This document shows, one piece after another, positions 15,150 to 30,075 of a DNA stretch of 64,000 bases. How positions within the stretch are numbered: position 1 is the first letter of the stretch; each line of letters opens with the position of its first letter. The stretch is from NCBI RefSeq assembly GCF_009914755.1, contig NC_060926.1; one strand, written 5' to 3'. The translations under genes and the position numbers were made by a program. The notes under the pieces are model-generated. The model saw only the letters and a program-made list of their open reading frames with translations, did no database searches and was not told the DNA's origin. This DNA comes from the human T2T-CHM13v2.0 reference genome, Homo sapiens.

Positions 15150-16800
15150 CATTTGTTCTACCTTACTGTTTATCCTGTATATATGTGCAAAATGTTTGGG
15201 ATGGTGCAAAGCTGAATCAGATATAAACCCTGTCTTCAGGAAGCTGGTAGGCTGACAGGTAGGCTCATGGGACGACTGGAACACAAGGGTTCCAAGTGAT
15301 ATTTACCAGAAGGTATAGATAAAATGCTCTGAGCATCTGAGGCAGAGGAGAATGCCTCCAGATAAAGGAATCAGGGAAAATACTATGGTAAAAGTGTCAT
15401 TTGAGCTGAACCCTAACTCATGAATAGCAGGTGGACATGAGATGAGCCCAGGAAGAAAGGGCATTTCGGGAGGGAAGAGCAGCAGAAGAAACAGCATAGA
15501 GACGGGAGAGTAAATTGAATTGTACAAGGTGGAGCTGATCAGCCAGATGATAAAGCCCAGAGTGCAAGAATAAGGTATGCAGACTTCATTTGGTAGATAG
15601 TCAATCTTATTGCAGGGTTTTCGCAGGTAATACACAGAATGAAACCTGGGTTTTTTGTGTGTGTATAACATGGATTGGGTGAATGGAAGAGGTTTGATAT
15701 CCCCTGGAAGCCAGGACTCTTTGGATACCTTTTAGGGCAACTGCAGTCAGAGGTACTGAGCATCTGTGCAGGGGAGGCTAGAGAGAAGCACTCAGATGAG
15801 AAACCTTCAAGGGAGAGAGGTGGTTCAGAGATCACCTGGGATTTAGCAACTGTCTTTTTGGCTTCAAAGTCTCCACGGATTTCTTTCCTTCCCTTTTCTG
15901 CAAAGCCATTCCTTTGTGAATTGGGGAGAGAAAAAAGTTTATATTGCTCCTCGCTGCTGTAAATCTTCATTACATGGTATGAACTAGTAACTTCCATCTT
16001 CTTTTCACGTCTTCCTTCCTAGTCCCGTGTGTTTTAGGCCTCTGTTCTCACTTCTTTATTAGAACTGCTCTCTTAATCATCAACGGTAATCTCCTTTCAG
16101 TCAAAAGTATGACGTTGTCTTAGACTTCATTCTTCTTTTCCACTCTGCAGTATTTGGTTATTAAGTCATTTATTCACTTACTCATCCATTCAAAAGTATT
16201 TCTGGAGCTCTGAGCCAGACACTGTAGAAAGAACTCAAATGGATTGGAAAGCATCCCTGCCTGCAAGAAATGCAGCGTCCTCTTAGAGACAGACACGCAG
16301 ATAATTAGGATGCAGCCAGCTAAGCATTAGATACAAAATGCAATGGGAGCCTAGAGGAAGAAGCCACTAACTTTGCCTGGAGTTGTCAAGTAAGTTTTCA
16401 CAGGAGAGCAGTGTTTAAGCAGTTTCTTGGAAAACGGAAGAAAGCTCTCTAGACAGAGAAGTGGCGGGAAGGGCAATTTAGGTTAAGGAAACCAGGGATG
16501 GGAAAGAATGCAGAGTGTGTTCAGTGTGGCTAAAGCTTGTGGTATCTCAGGGAAGAATCAATGGGAAGGGCATTGTCTGTCCTGCTCCATGGGTGCCATG
16601 CTTCTCCGGAGAGCAGTGGAGAAGCATTGAAGCGCTTTGAGCCTGGAGATGACAGTATCAGGCAGAGCAGTTTCAGTGATGGAGGGTGGAGGGAATGGCA
16701 GAAGCCGCCATAGACAAGGAGGCTGCTCCGACTTGGGACTAGCAAGAGAAGAGCAGGGCCTGGATGGAGGGATCAGAAGCATGGGTGGAGAAGAAAGGGC
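15150..16800 (-). mobile_element. L2 fragments (two segments, ~15150-15800 and ~16150-16800)
   Basis: 'tattcacttactcatccattcaaaagtatt...ccagacactgt', 'gtgtcatttgagctgaaccct'. Confidence 0.55.
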
Positions 16801-19459
16801 AGAGATATTTTAAAAATGGAAGGAACAAGTCTTAAGCCTTGAAACTCTCCCCTCCTAGGATCGTGTGACCTGCACCATCCTGCAAGCTGCTGCGTTGCCT
16901 AGGTGACCAGCAGCAGCAGGGGTTGGATGTGTGAAACTTGGGATGGAGGAAGGACTGGAAGGGAGCCAGGAGGATTGAGCAAGAAAGGCTCTCCTGCCTT
17001 CTGCCTTTCAAAAAAAAAAAAAAAAAAAGGAAAAGCCCTCTCAAAGGAAAAAAGGGTGTTGGAGGGATGAGGCTAATCTTGTAAAAGAGAAAACTGCTAT
17101 GGCGTGAGGAAAGAAAAACAAATTTGATCAAACTTAATGCCTGTACAAAATGAAATCAGGAAATTGCTCAACCTATTTTTACTATTATGCAATGATTATT
17201 ACAGAAAAGTTTATAATATGTGGGTCTAAGTAATAAATAAATATAAAGGAAATAAACTTACTGTGAGATCTCAGGCAGAGTTGAAGCTAAATCAGCAGCA
17301 GACAGAATATATCGAATATTATTAACAGTTTAGACAACATTGGGCTATTCCCCACATGTTCATATTCTCTTTCTCTCTCTCTCTCTGTCTGTTTCTTCAT
17401 GCACATACCTGAAACTACTCTCACTCATAGAAGCCAATTGTTGAAGTCCATCTGTGGACACCTGAGACTTCAGACATCATGGTTTTTGTCTTGCCTCTCA
17501 AAATCTTCATCCCCCACCTTTTCACCTCAGACAGTTCTTGAACATTCATTGTTGGCTCTTATACATCTTTTACATTCCTGGTTTGTCACCATAGTCAAAC
17601 ACTGGCATATGTTTCATGCTACCCTTACTTATTCATTAGGCAGCATAATTTGACGTTGAGTATCGTTTCTATTTGGTAGATTCTCTGGTCGTTCATGCTG
17701 AAAACACGGCCTTTATCTAAGACATGTCTTTGGCCTGCTGTCAACTTCCAGCTTCCAACAGCCTTCACTGCAGCCCACTCAGCCATGAGCACATGCTAAC
17801 TCCCTTCAAAATTAAAATGTTGTATTTCATAGTTAATCATTGTGTCACCCTCTTAATGCAAACACTCGAGATATGTAGCGTAAAGTTACAAACCGTTTTA
17901 CTAGTCTAACTTACATGTCTAAAATATTTTCACATGAACTAACTCAATACGGCACTCACTCATTATTCTGGTGCTCTATATGCCCACATTGGCTCTAATC
18001 CTATGACTTATATTACACTCACTTGCCTCCTTAATATCCATCAATCTGATATCAGCCTTATTTGCCTTATTTCCATTTTGTACCGCAGCAAAGGGGGGGC
18101 CCTTTTATGAAACGTTTTCAAAGTGTACACTTGGTCACAATCAAAATGATGGTAACATATATGTGTATGTATATAGATAGATATGTAGATATCTCATTAT
18201 GATCAATTTAAAGGACATAATCAGATGTGTACATAAGAGCATTTGTTACATTCATATGTACAGTGCAGCCTTTTATTTCTTTGATCCTTCTTGATTATAT
18301 GCCAACATTTGTATAAAAGTTCACTTTATTAGACAGATCCTAGCTTGATGTTACTGCATCGAGTGTCATTGCCACCTTACTTTTTAAACGGGGATTGGGA
18401 TCATTGCTACCTAAGAGTCTGGGAAAATTTGAGCTCTTATTCCTAATTTGTGAATTAACACCTGGCTTAAGAGGATAAACTAAGACAATGAGTCAGGTTC
18501 ACCAACACATTGTTCAGTTGGGTAGATTCTCAGTCTGCCTTGAGCAGAGCACTTTAAATGCAATCTGATCTATGTTTTAATGAGGGTCCTACACCTCCTC
18601 CCTGGAGGCTTTCACTGCTTTGATTAAGGATTTAGTTTTCTATTATTGCATGTTGTGCACCATTCTATTGAAACAAAAAGCAAACCTAAAATGTAAGCCA
18701 CATAGTAAAAGGTGAGCAAGTCTTCACTAAAAGTGAAAGGCTTGATTTTTGCGGATTCGGGATCAGCAACAACCTGTGTCCCAGGCTGGCCACCATTTCA
18801 GCCAGATCTTCTGGCTCTGGTCCCAGCTTTGCCCCTGGCCAGCTGTGTGACCTGGCAATGCCAACTCTCCTCTTTGAGCCTCAGGGTCTTATCTGAGAGA
18901 TGAGGTGACCTTTAATCCCTTCTGGCTCTTAAACTTTTTGATTCTATGAAGGCCATGAGTCTTTCTGACACTAAACCCACATCATCACAACAGATCAAAG
19001 GATGGAAAACTTAAGTGCAAATAAAGGTCGAATAACACATTTAAAGGCAAGTGCTTCCAAACACCAAGACTCAGGGGAAAGCTCATGTTTGCAGTAGTGT
19101 CTCAGAATTCTTCTATAAAATGGGCTGAAAAAATGAAAGTATTGCTATTAGGCCAGGCTAGTGTCAATAACACTAAGTGGGTCCAGGATTTTTGTTCACA
19201 ATTGGCATATTTTGTCATTACTAGATACCATATCTAATACACTTTATATATCAATGGCTTCGTGTATTGAGAATGTACCCAGACACCAGGAAAGAAATAG
19301 AAAAAAAAAAAAAAAAGGCTACATAACCCTAAAGAGAGGATTTAAACTTCTTGAGAAATTTTTATGAAAACATGTGAAATCTCTTCATTGGCAAATGCTT
19401 TAGGCCCTCATTCGAAGACCATACTAACCTACAGAAATAAAGAAAAGGATTCTTAATAG

Positions 19460-20050
19460 CTCAGGTTGATCAAGCTCTTACTGTGTGCTAGGTACTTTTC
19501 TCAATATATAACGTAACTTACGTATCTTACAAAAATTTTAAAGAGTCATAAATTCTATTCTTATCCATTTTATGGATGAGGAAACTGAGGCCACTCACCC
19601 TGACATTTTCCTACAGGGGCCACTCTCCTAACCATCAAACCACATCACCCTTCTAAATAGAAAGAGAAAAGGGCTCCTAGTCACAGACTTGCTGAGAGTC
19701 TGACAAAAACAGAGATGTCAAAGAAACTGTAAAAAGCACAGGTAATGGGAAAAACTCAGAAATTTATAGTGTTTTGGGAAGCAAAAGTAGGACATTTTAC
19801 TGATCTGCTTATTTGTTAACTTACCTAATTTATCTGTTTCTATAGCACATACTCTGTACCAGACCCTAATGTCCTTACTTTACAAATCTTCACTCATTCT
19901 ATTCTCTCAACAACCTTGTGAGGTAGAGAGTGTAATTTTACTCATTTTATACATAAGGAAATTGAAGCCCAGAGAGGTCCAGTAAGTCTCTTAGTTGACA
20001 CAGCTAGTAAGTACCGGAGCCAGGATTTAGAGTGGGCCAGACACACCACA
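19460..20050 (-). mobile_element. Two MIR fragments
   Basis: 'ccattttatggatgaggaaactgaggc' and 'cattttatacataaggaaattgaagcccagagagg'. Confidence 0.7.
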
Positions 20051-20097
20051 GTGCTGTGCTGGTTGATGGGTACTTCCTTTCTGGGGGAGGGTGGAGG

Positions 20098-20277
<180 letters not shown>

Positions 20278-21429
20278 TAAAAAGGGAGGTTCATTTATTC
20301 ATTTGGCAATACTATTATTGCTGCATACTAATTTTAATATTGCTTGAAAGCAGTATTGAATATGGAGGGATGATGAGTTTCAAGAAAAGATTAAACTTAT
20401 TTTGGTATTTCAGGTCGAGATTCTCTTGTACATTTTAGAAGGATTTTCTTTCAAAACAGTTATTTTTGCTATTGTTTTGTTGTTTATAGTATCAAACTCC
20501 AACTGTTTGAAAAACCCAACATCAATACTTTAGATTTTGTAAGGATACATGATTTGGATTTTCACTATATTTGGGATTAGAATAGCAATTATAATGAGAT
20601 GAGCCACCATATTTACTTTCCAAACAGATGAGAGTGCCAAGGTAAGAAAATGGCTATAATTTAGTTTATTAAAATTATATAAATTTATTTCTAAAACAAG
20701 AACTAAGTCATTGTCTGTAATTCTCTTATGTAATACCCTCTATCCTCAAGCAAAATAAATAAAATATTCAGCAGAAGGAAAGTTATTTGAGATTGCCTAC
20801 AAGTACTAAGAAAACTATAATGGGCATTTGATGTATCTTGTGTCTTAATTGTCAACTGTGCTCTTCCTATTATTTCCTTTTGGCACTTTTGGTGAGCAGA
20901 CTGTCTGCTTAGTGTTAACATTAGTTTTAGGAAAAAGACCTAAATAAAGTAGAAAACCAAACTCCTACAGGCATCAGTCATTCAACAGGATGGTTTTCTC
21001 TAAAGGATACAACCCTTTCACTTGTGTTTTAAAATAGGCATAGCTTAGTCCACAGAAATCCCTTAACCTGCTTTTGGGCTCTGCTAATATCCAGTGACAT
21101 CTTTTGAAGTGCTAGTGTTTTCCAGGCCCTCTTTACCCACTTAAAGTTATATAGTGTACAGCAGGATCCCAATTAGCAGAAATCAGTGAAGAGTAAAACA
21201 CGATATTGCCCAGAGAATATTTTATTTAAATTGTACAGTGTGATAAAATACATGAAAACAGAGTTGCTACATCTCATAAAAGAAACCTGAGATTTAAGAA
21301 TTAGTTGAAAATATGTGGTTGGGAGCTGCGCAGAGTGATGAGTGGCTGTGTTCAAAATGAGAACTGCTTCCTCATTTTTTAAAAGATTTTATTCTAAACC
21401 TAAATACAACATATGGCTTCCTTCCACAG

Positions 21430-21545
21430 CTCTGGGGTGGATTCAGCAGTATATTTTCCAGATCAGCACATCAACTTCAGATCTGTGACACCGGCCAGGC
21501 AGCCTGAATCAATTAATTTGAAAGCCTCGAAGAGCATGGACCTTG
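21430..21545 (+). CDS. PARD3B: PARD3B coding exon, 116 bp, phase 2-1
   Basis: cttccttccacag| acceptor; SGVDSAVYFPDQHINFRSVTPARQPESINLKASKSMDL; donor TTG|gtaagc; SKSMDL motif is shared with the Par3 family. Confidence 0.95.
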
Positions 21546-22955
21546 GTAAGCAAGGGTGAGGTGACATCCAGGTCAGCTCTCCAGCCTCAGCCCATTTATC
21601 TTCCCAAATGTCCTGGTTTTGTTTCTTCAACTCAAACCTCAGGGAACAAGGTCTGCAGAAGCCTGGAGGAAGGGATAATGGCCATCCCACCTTCCTATCT
21701 CTTCGCACATTTAATTGTAATTACCCACTTTGTGAAACAAAGAGAAGTGATTTATTTTTACAAAGTGATCTATAAACTATCCTCCCATCATAGATGACAA
21801 AAATGATTCCTTCTGGAGGATCTGAATTCCAGAGGCATCTTTATCTCATCCATCTGCCTTTGCATTTGCACCCTCGCTTCTGCCAGGGCATTTCCACTCT
21901 GTGCAGGCATACCTGTTGCAGAGCCTGGGAAAATCATGTGGTTCAAAGCATCCTTTGCCTTTGTGCTTCACTTCCTTCTATTCTTCTCCATGTGTGATGG
22001 ATAGGGATGGCATCAGTGCAGAAGATTCAGCTTTTTAAATGCCCATCCCCAAATCCTGTGACACTGGAGGGGAAAAGGGTCTCTTGGGCGTGCCACACTG
22101 AGGGTGTCAAGGTACCCTGTGTCCATGCCTGAACAACCTCACTGAGGTTCTGAGCACCATGGGGAACTTCGTGGTGACTGTTGGGTGCCAGGGCAGAGCA
22201 AGGGCCCCTGTTAACTGTGTTCTGAAAGCCTTGGGACATCTCAGATACCCTAGAGCATCACTGCCCTCCCATGGGCTCTTAGAGAGAACACCATTAGAGA
22301 AAAGTATGGATACAATAAATTCTCAGCAAAATATCCATTGCCTCATGAATGCTTGGAGGCCAAGCTTTGCAATTGTTTTTTCTCAAGGCATATTATATAT
22401 TTCTTTAGTAACAACGAGAAAATAGAATAATCAAAAGTGCGTGCTCCACCAAACGATCTGATAAATAGTGCTTTTCTGTTACTCACTTACAGGAGTTCAG
22501 AAAAATGTTCAATCATGATGAAACAAGAGAAATTGATTCTATTTTGTATAAATTAACTAAATGACTGGGATGCATTTGCTGTAATCGCCTGTAGTGAGAG
22601 ACAGATAGAAACCTTAACAAGGAAGCTGTCTTGAGCACTGGTCAGAAAGAGTATTTTCTCAAGCGTGAACCTTTGACAAACCAAAGGAATAATTTGTGAC
22701 AGTGACATAGGTTATTACTAATTATTTAAAGAGCAGTTCATTTTCATAGAGTGCTTGATAAACATTTCCTGTTCTGTCTTCCCAATTTCTCTGTAAAGAA
22801 GATGAATGGATCAAAACTGCTCTTACTTTTGAGGAGAGAAATATATTTGTTTTCCTCATTTAATTAAAGCAGCCACTATTATGTTTCTAAAAAGAAAAAA
22901 CAGCACCCATTTTAAATTAAGAGAGAAAAAATATTATGAAACCTGTAAAAAGTAA

Positions 22956-23325
<370 letters not shown>

Positions 23326-24299
23326 GTTTTGTTTACATTTTTATTACCAAAAACTGTTTTTTGAGTTTTCTCTTCTAAACTGAAATAGTCCTAGCAAAAT
23401 ATATGTAGTTAGCCGTCATTCTTTGCATTTTTTTATACATATGCCATAAATGACAACGATAATAGTAAGGTTTATTCATTTTACAAAATTGGTCAGGTTA
23501 CGAGCTATTTTCTTCAGGACCCTAGTACCAAACTAAAAGCATTGGCTAAAATGCACCATGCAGTGGAAATACTCAACAGCATGCTGTAAAAACAAGTTTA
23601 GAGTAATCATCAAACTTTGCTCCTTTCCAAGAAGTACCAGGCTAAAGCCAACAGTCTTTCAGAAGGCCCTGAGAGTCAGCATTCTAGTACCATTTTGATC
23701 CCTTCTCCCCAGAACAGTCAAGTCAGGGAGCCTAACAAATGTGTTAGCCTTCTCAATATGAAATTCACTTAGGTGATACCGCAATGGTAAACATTTGAAA
23801 GTGTCTTTTCTGTTTCATTAGAGGAATAGACTATTCGTTTTCCATTTATAGCACTAGGCCAATGTAAGAGATTAATTTATTTGCTCAAAAAGTAGGTGAC
23901 TATGTTTATAGGAATAATCCTAGCAGGATCTTGATTCTTTAAAGCGTTTTAACATTCTTTAAAACGTCTTAATAAGTAGCCTATTTAGGATGAATACACA
24001 ATTCATGATGTCTGTTTTTGACCTGGAAAACCAGCATTTTCATATGGTTCAAAATTAAAAAAAAAAAACCTTCTATTTGTTACATAATTAATTTATATTG
24101 GCTATTTCTCACTTTATAAAGTCTGTAGGAATCTTCAAAGGCTGATGGATCCTATCAGTAGCCTTGTTTTTGTTTCATATTTGCTACTAAGACCAAACTA
24201 GTATTTTAACTTGCATGTTAATGAGTCATTGTTCATCTGCTCAAGCTATTTTAAAGGTGAGTGGCTTCCATTTACTTATTTTCACTTATATTTTCAAAG

Positions 24300-25271
24300 A
24301 CAGACAATTCCAATTAAGAAAAAATAAAGCCTCCTTATTCCCATCCCTTTTACCTATTCATCAGACACAAATATAGTCTAAAATGTGAGTGCTCCTAGAA
24401 AGCACTAGTTGCTTCCCCATCTATGTACATGTCCACATCACATATCATTTCTTTATAATAGTTGCATAGTGTTACATTCATTAATCTTCATTTACAGCTT
24501 ACTTTACTCTTCCCCTTTTAATGGAATGTGGGCTTCATTGGCAGTTCTTTTGTTGTTGTTTTGGTGGGTTTTTGAGTCGTTTGTGTTTAAGATTTTGCAA
24601 TTTGTTTATTTATAGCCTTTGCCACGTTACCATTTGTTAATTTTGTCCTCTTTCATTTATAAAATATTGTTACATGGGATGCAAGTGATTTTTTTGCAAC
24701 CCATTATTTGTCTTTTTAGTTTGATTGTGATATTTCTCATCATAAAAAAGCTTTCAGTCTTATTCTCAAATATTTTCATCATTTCTTCTTTTGTGACATT
24801 TGGGTTATATGTTTATCTCATTTTCCTCTGGTACTTTTAGAGGCTTTAAAAATATTTAGGACTCTATCATATATTTTTATCCATGGGGTATGAGATGGAA
24901 GAATTTTCTCACATAAATAAGCAAATTATTAATAACATGTATTGACTTCTCCGTTCTTTCCCTATTAATTTGAAATTTAGTCACATTGAATAGTAAATTT
25001 GCACACATAGATGTGTGGGTTTCTAGACATACTATTCTGTTGATATATTAGTCCATCTCATGTCAGCATCACCCCATTTAAATTATCTTGCTATTATGTC
25101 TTGTTTTGATTACTTACAGGATAATCTTCCTTTAATTTTTCTTCCTTTGTGAAATTACTTTGGCTCTTCATATGTACTCATTCTCCTGCATGGACTGTAC
25201 AATCAGCTAATCAAAATGAGTTTAAAGATGAAACAGGAATGCTTCCACTGTGGGGTGTGTGTGTGTGTGTA

Positions 25272-25315
<44 letters not shown>

Positions 25316-25620
25316 CATGCACATTAATTATAATGTTTGCTATTGGCTTCTGATGGAAACATTTGATCAAGCTACATAAGTTTCTTTGCATTCCTAACTT
25401 CCTAAAAGTTTTTTGATTAAATCATTTATTTTTTTTAATCAAGAATGAATGTTTAATTTTAGTAAGTGATTTTAAGGCCCTTACTGGCTGATAATGTGGA
25501 TTTTGTTCTTTATTCTATTAGTGAAATAAAAGTGAGTTAATTAATAGATTCCCCAATATTAAATCTTCGATTCTTTTTCAATGACTCTAAATTTTTCTCT
25601 TTACTTGCAAAAATGTTTAT
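24300..25620 (-). mobile_element. Old L1M fragment containing (TG)n(GA)n at ~25256-25315
   Basis: T-rich degenerate ORF2 antisense motifs (gtgggtttctagacatactattctgtt). Confidence 0.55.
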
Positions 25621-27649
25621 TGATTAACTACAGATATGTATATTAAACACTTCTTGAGATGGTTAACACATTATATGCTCTAAAATGTAGGTGTACAACT
25701 CTGATAACAATTTTACTCAGTGTCATTAATTCCTATATATACATTATAAGTATAATGTATATGTAGCCCTTTTGAGGCTGCTTTGCCTTGGGATTTTGTG
25801 GATACTTTTACTGGCATGCATGTGGTCACATTTAAATCAGAACAGAAATGATTAACATGATAAATAAAAGGAAATTTGTTTTTAAATAATTGCATGTAGT
25901 CATGCTAATTCAAAGGGGTTAGGGTGTCACTTAAGAGACTGGAGAGTGGATACTTCTGGGTTTTGGAGAAAATCAATCTTTTCCTACTAATTGTAGACTT
26001 TTCTCTATTTATTTAAATTACCAGAATTACTGTGTTCAGTCTGGACCCCTTTAATTTGTTCATAATTGAGCTTGTGTGGGTGTTGAGTTGGAAGCTCTCA
26101 GGAGCTGAATAACACAGCTGCCTCTTTGGCCTTTGGCATAGGGTTTTCCCCCAAAGAGCTGCCCTTGTTGGCAGTATGCCAGGAAGTTACATTCAAAGAC
26201 TTTTTGATGAGGCATAAAAATCTTTAATTTCCAGGCTTGGTGTTTTATGACCCCATAATACTGTTTGAGAATTAGTCTGAATTATTCAAAAGATAGCACT
26301 TCAGTTTGTTGGCCCCCTTTGTTGACCTACTCTGTAGCCCCATTCAGAGTTAAGTTTAAAATGCTGTTTCTCACAAGATACTGTTTTTAGAGTTTTCTAT
26401 CCTGTTTCACATTGGCCTCCCACGCCCATTTCAGAAGGGTGTTCTATAACACAGTTTGGAGAAGGCTAAGGGCAGTGCAAATGGAAGATGCTGGCCAGCT
26501 GCCCTGTTCAGTAAGAGGAAATGAGCTTAAAGTGATGCATGAGGCATTCAGACGAAATTTTAGGAAGTTTCCTGACAATGAAGATTGTTAACATTCCATG
26601 TCTCATAGTCTTTTAAGAAAGAGCATGTGTCCTGAAAAACTCTCCCTAAAATCAAGACGATAAATAGGTTGGCTGACTTCCTTTCAAGATTAGTGATTCA
26701 CCAGTTTTATTTTCTGTTAGTTACTTGCTCTAATTTTTTTAAATTAGGAAATGTTTTTAGACACCCACAATTGAAGTAATTTATAAGCCAACTGAGTTCT
26801 CACATCTACAAAGGTAAATATTTGAGATACATTTTGAATATGAAACCTTTTATATATGTCAGATATTCCTCTTAGACAGTACATTTCTAGTATCAGCTCA
26901 AAGATGAGCATGAAAAAAGCCCCATTCTACTGCTCTAATACTTTCTTTTTAAGATTATATTCATATAGTGAGGTACTTCTATATGAATTATTGATAATAA
27001 AGACTGAATACATAGGATAATTTTTATAAAATTGTATATTCTAATAAGTGTGATGCTGGTTTGTATTAATATATAAAATATATTTTACTATTTTTATTTA
27101 TATCCATGGATTTCTTTTATTGTCCACCAATAAGTAGTACCTCTGAATATAGTTAAAAGCTGAATTGGATATTACTGTTTGGGATACAACTTTGACTTAA
27201 AGAAAAGAACCTGTTTTGTAAAGAAAAATTAATGGTAATATTGTAAGAAAGTGTCTATTTGTATAATAGACAAGTATACAAAGATGAAGTCAGCTATATA
27301 CTTTAAGCTCTAGTAAGTCAAAATAAAGGAATTATAGAGAATGTTCTTTCATTAAGTAAATGTTTATTAAGTGCCTACTGTGTGCCGGGAAGTGCATTAA
27401 ACACTGGAGATGTGGTAAATAAATGAAAGAAATGGTGCTTGCTGCCTGTACCTAGATTAGAACCCCAACAGGAAAGAAAAGCTCAAGAGTTAAGGAAAAA
27501 CTACCAAAAGGAAATTCTGACATTATGATAACTTATCTCAGGGAGGAAGAAAGGGAAGAGGCATCTGAAGACACTCATGTGGCTGCCTCAAGAACTCACT
27601 GATAACCTCGGCTATGTAGAAAAGAGGAAGAGAGAAGCAAATGATTAAA

Positions 27650-27740
27650 ATATATACATATATGTACATTTTTACTGTGTGTGTATATACACATACACAC
27701 ACACACATATATATATACACACGCACACACGCACACACGT
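27650..27740. repeat. (TA)/(CA)-rich low-complexity tract
   Basis: Direct reading. Confidence 0.8.
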
Positions 27741-27879
27741 AGTAAAAATCTGAAATAATATATGCAGGAAGAGGTAAACAGCTGCATGAGAGGAGACTTG
27801 CAAAACCTAGTAAAAGTTAGACAGCCAAGCTATTTTTAAAGCATGAAAAAGAAAGTGTGCGAGGTGGCCCATTGTTTTA

Positions 27880-29420
27880 AACCCCTGCTAGATGTCAGGT
27901 GGAAAGCAAAGCCACTCAGTTCCTGTGTTAGTATTATCCTCATACATAGGAGAGAATGATGGTCAAACCGAAAAAGCATGGCTGCCAGGCAATGGAAATC
28001 TAGACAATTTACATCCCTGTGCACTAAAAGGCTTGTGATTATAAAGTGGCCGTCCCTGATCATCAGAAATTATGAAGAGTAGGCCTCACACTGGAAGACA
28101 AGGAAGCAAATGATCAATTTTCAGAAAGATAATGAATTCCAGAAACAACTGGTAATCTCAATGCTGATCATCAGATTTCCATGTTTGTGAAATTAAAAAA
28201 AAAAAAATGTGGTGGTCACCAGCAATCTCAATGGAGTCCTTGAAATAACTGGTGTCTCCTTTCCTTTTTGATGGGATTTCTAAACTGCTAAGTCAGGAAA
28301 ATGTTTTACATATAGGTTATGTTGATGTTTATAAAAGTATTTCCATTTGTTTTCTGATTGAGACTTATGGGTCAAATTACATACAGAGGTAGACACAGCA
28401 TTAAAATGTCCCTTCCTGAAATGTGCTAATTAATGTCTCATTGTCACCTTGGAGAAAATTAAATAACATATACCATAAAACGACATCTTTATTGTGTTCT
28501 GATAAAACTCAACAGAATTTGATGAAGATTGGATATAGGTAATTTGGCACATATCTAACTTAATATTTGTATACTTCCCTGTCTGTTATACAAAGCAAAC
28601 AGACCTCTTTCAGTCTTAGTTAATTTTTCTTTACAAAACAGGATTTTTTCCTTAAAGTCAAAGAAGAGTAAAGAAGGAAAAGGCACTCTTCACAAATTTT
28701 CAAGAAATACCGTCTTAGAGAATTGGGTGATAGATTGACAGAATTAGCATTCAGATGATTTCTCCAGAATTGAAGAAGATAGAATTTAATAAAGAATGAT
28801 GCATTCATTCAACAAGGATTTATTGACACTTACTGTATGCCAGGCAACATCCCAGGTAAATAAGACAAAGGCTGCAGTCTTACAGTGTTTTCATTCTCGT
28901 TATGTAAACAGATGGTAAAGATGTATACAGTGAATAAATAATAAAATTTCACATGATAGAGATTCAAATAGAAATGTTTTTTCCTAAAGCCAAATTCAGG
29001 TAGAGAGAATGACTGAGGGGACGTGAAGGTATTTTAGATGGGATAGTGAATGATAAAGGTTATGTCCTAAAGTCAGGTTAAAAAAGATTAATTGTATAAG
29101 TGTAGGATTTACGAGAGTGGGGATAGTAACTATTGAAGTAATCCCCTGGTTCTTAGCTGCTTGCCTGACACGGCCATCCCCAGAGCTAGTTCTGTGTTTT
29201 CAGATCAAAGGAGAAAACAGCTCCACTTTATTCTGGCCTGGTCATAACACATTTACAGTTCCATATTCAATTATGGGTACAATATTTTAATAACTACAAA
29301 GACAGTATAGAATGCAATCCAGATATTGGTGAGAGGCCTAGAAACCATGTTTAGTAAAAAACAGTTGAAAGAATAAAGATATTATGCCTGAAAGAGAGAT
29401 GATTTGAGTCATAGGAGAGC
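27880..29420 (+). mobile_element. Degenerate L3/CR1 fragments interrupted by L2
   Basis: CR1 RT-like 'tttcctttttgatgggatttctaaactgctaagtcagg...' and 'ttattctggcctggtcataacacattt'; L2 end at ~28800-28900. Confidence 0.45.
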
Positions 29421-29778
29421 TCTCCTCAAATATTTTCATGCAAATATTGAAAGACTCACATATGTTTAAAATTAATCAGTACCCCAGATACATCAAGCAA
29501 TGATAATCACATCAGAAGATACATCACATTTACAAGTTTTGAAATCGAAAAGGATTAACAGTGATGGAAAACGGAATTCTGGTTTATGGCATGTTTGGTA
29601 TGAAAGGAAAAATATATAAATTAAAACAGCTCCTGAAGACTGAAAAGAGAAGCAGAACTCACCAAAATTATGAGAAAGAGACCATCATATATTTTTCAGT
29701 GTTTGACAAGGGATACAGGTTCTTTTTATTTTTTGTTAGAGTATTTTAATATGATTATGTCATTAAAACATATTATAG

Positions 29779-30075
<297 letters not shown>

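Noticed and set aside
15303-15997. 122-aa and 152-aa minus-strand ORFs
   Set aside because: They overlap a degenerate L2 and show no recognisable domain or splice support.
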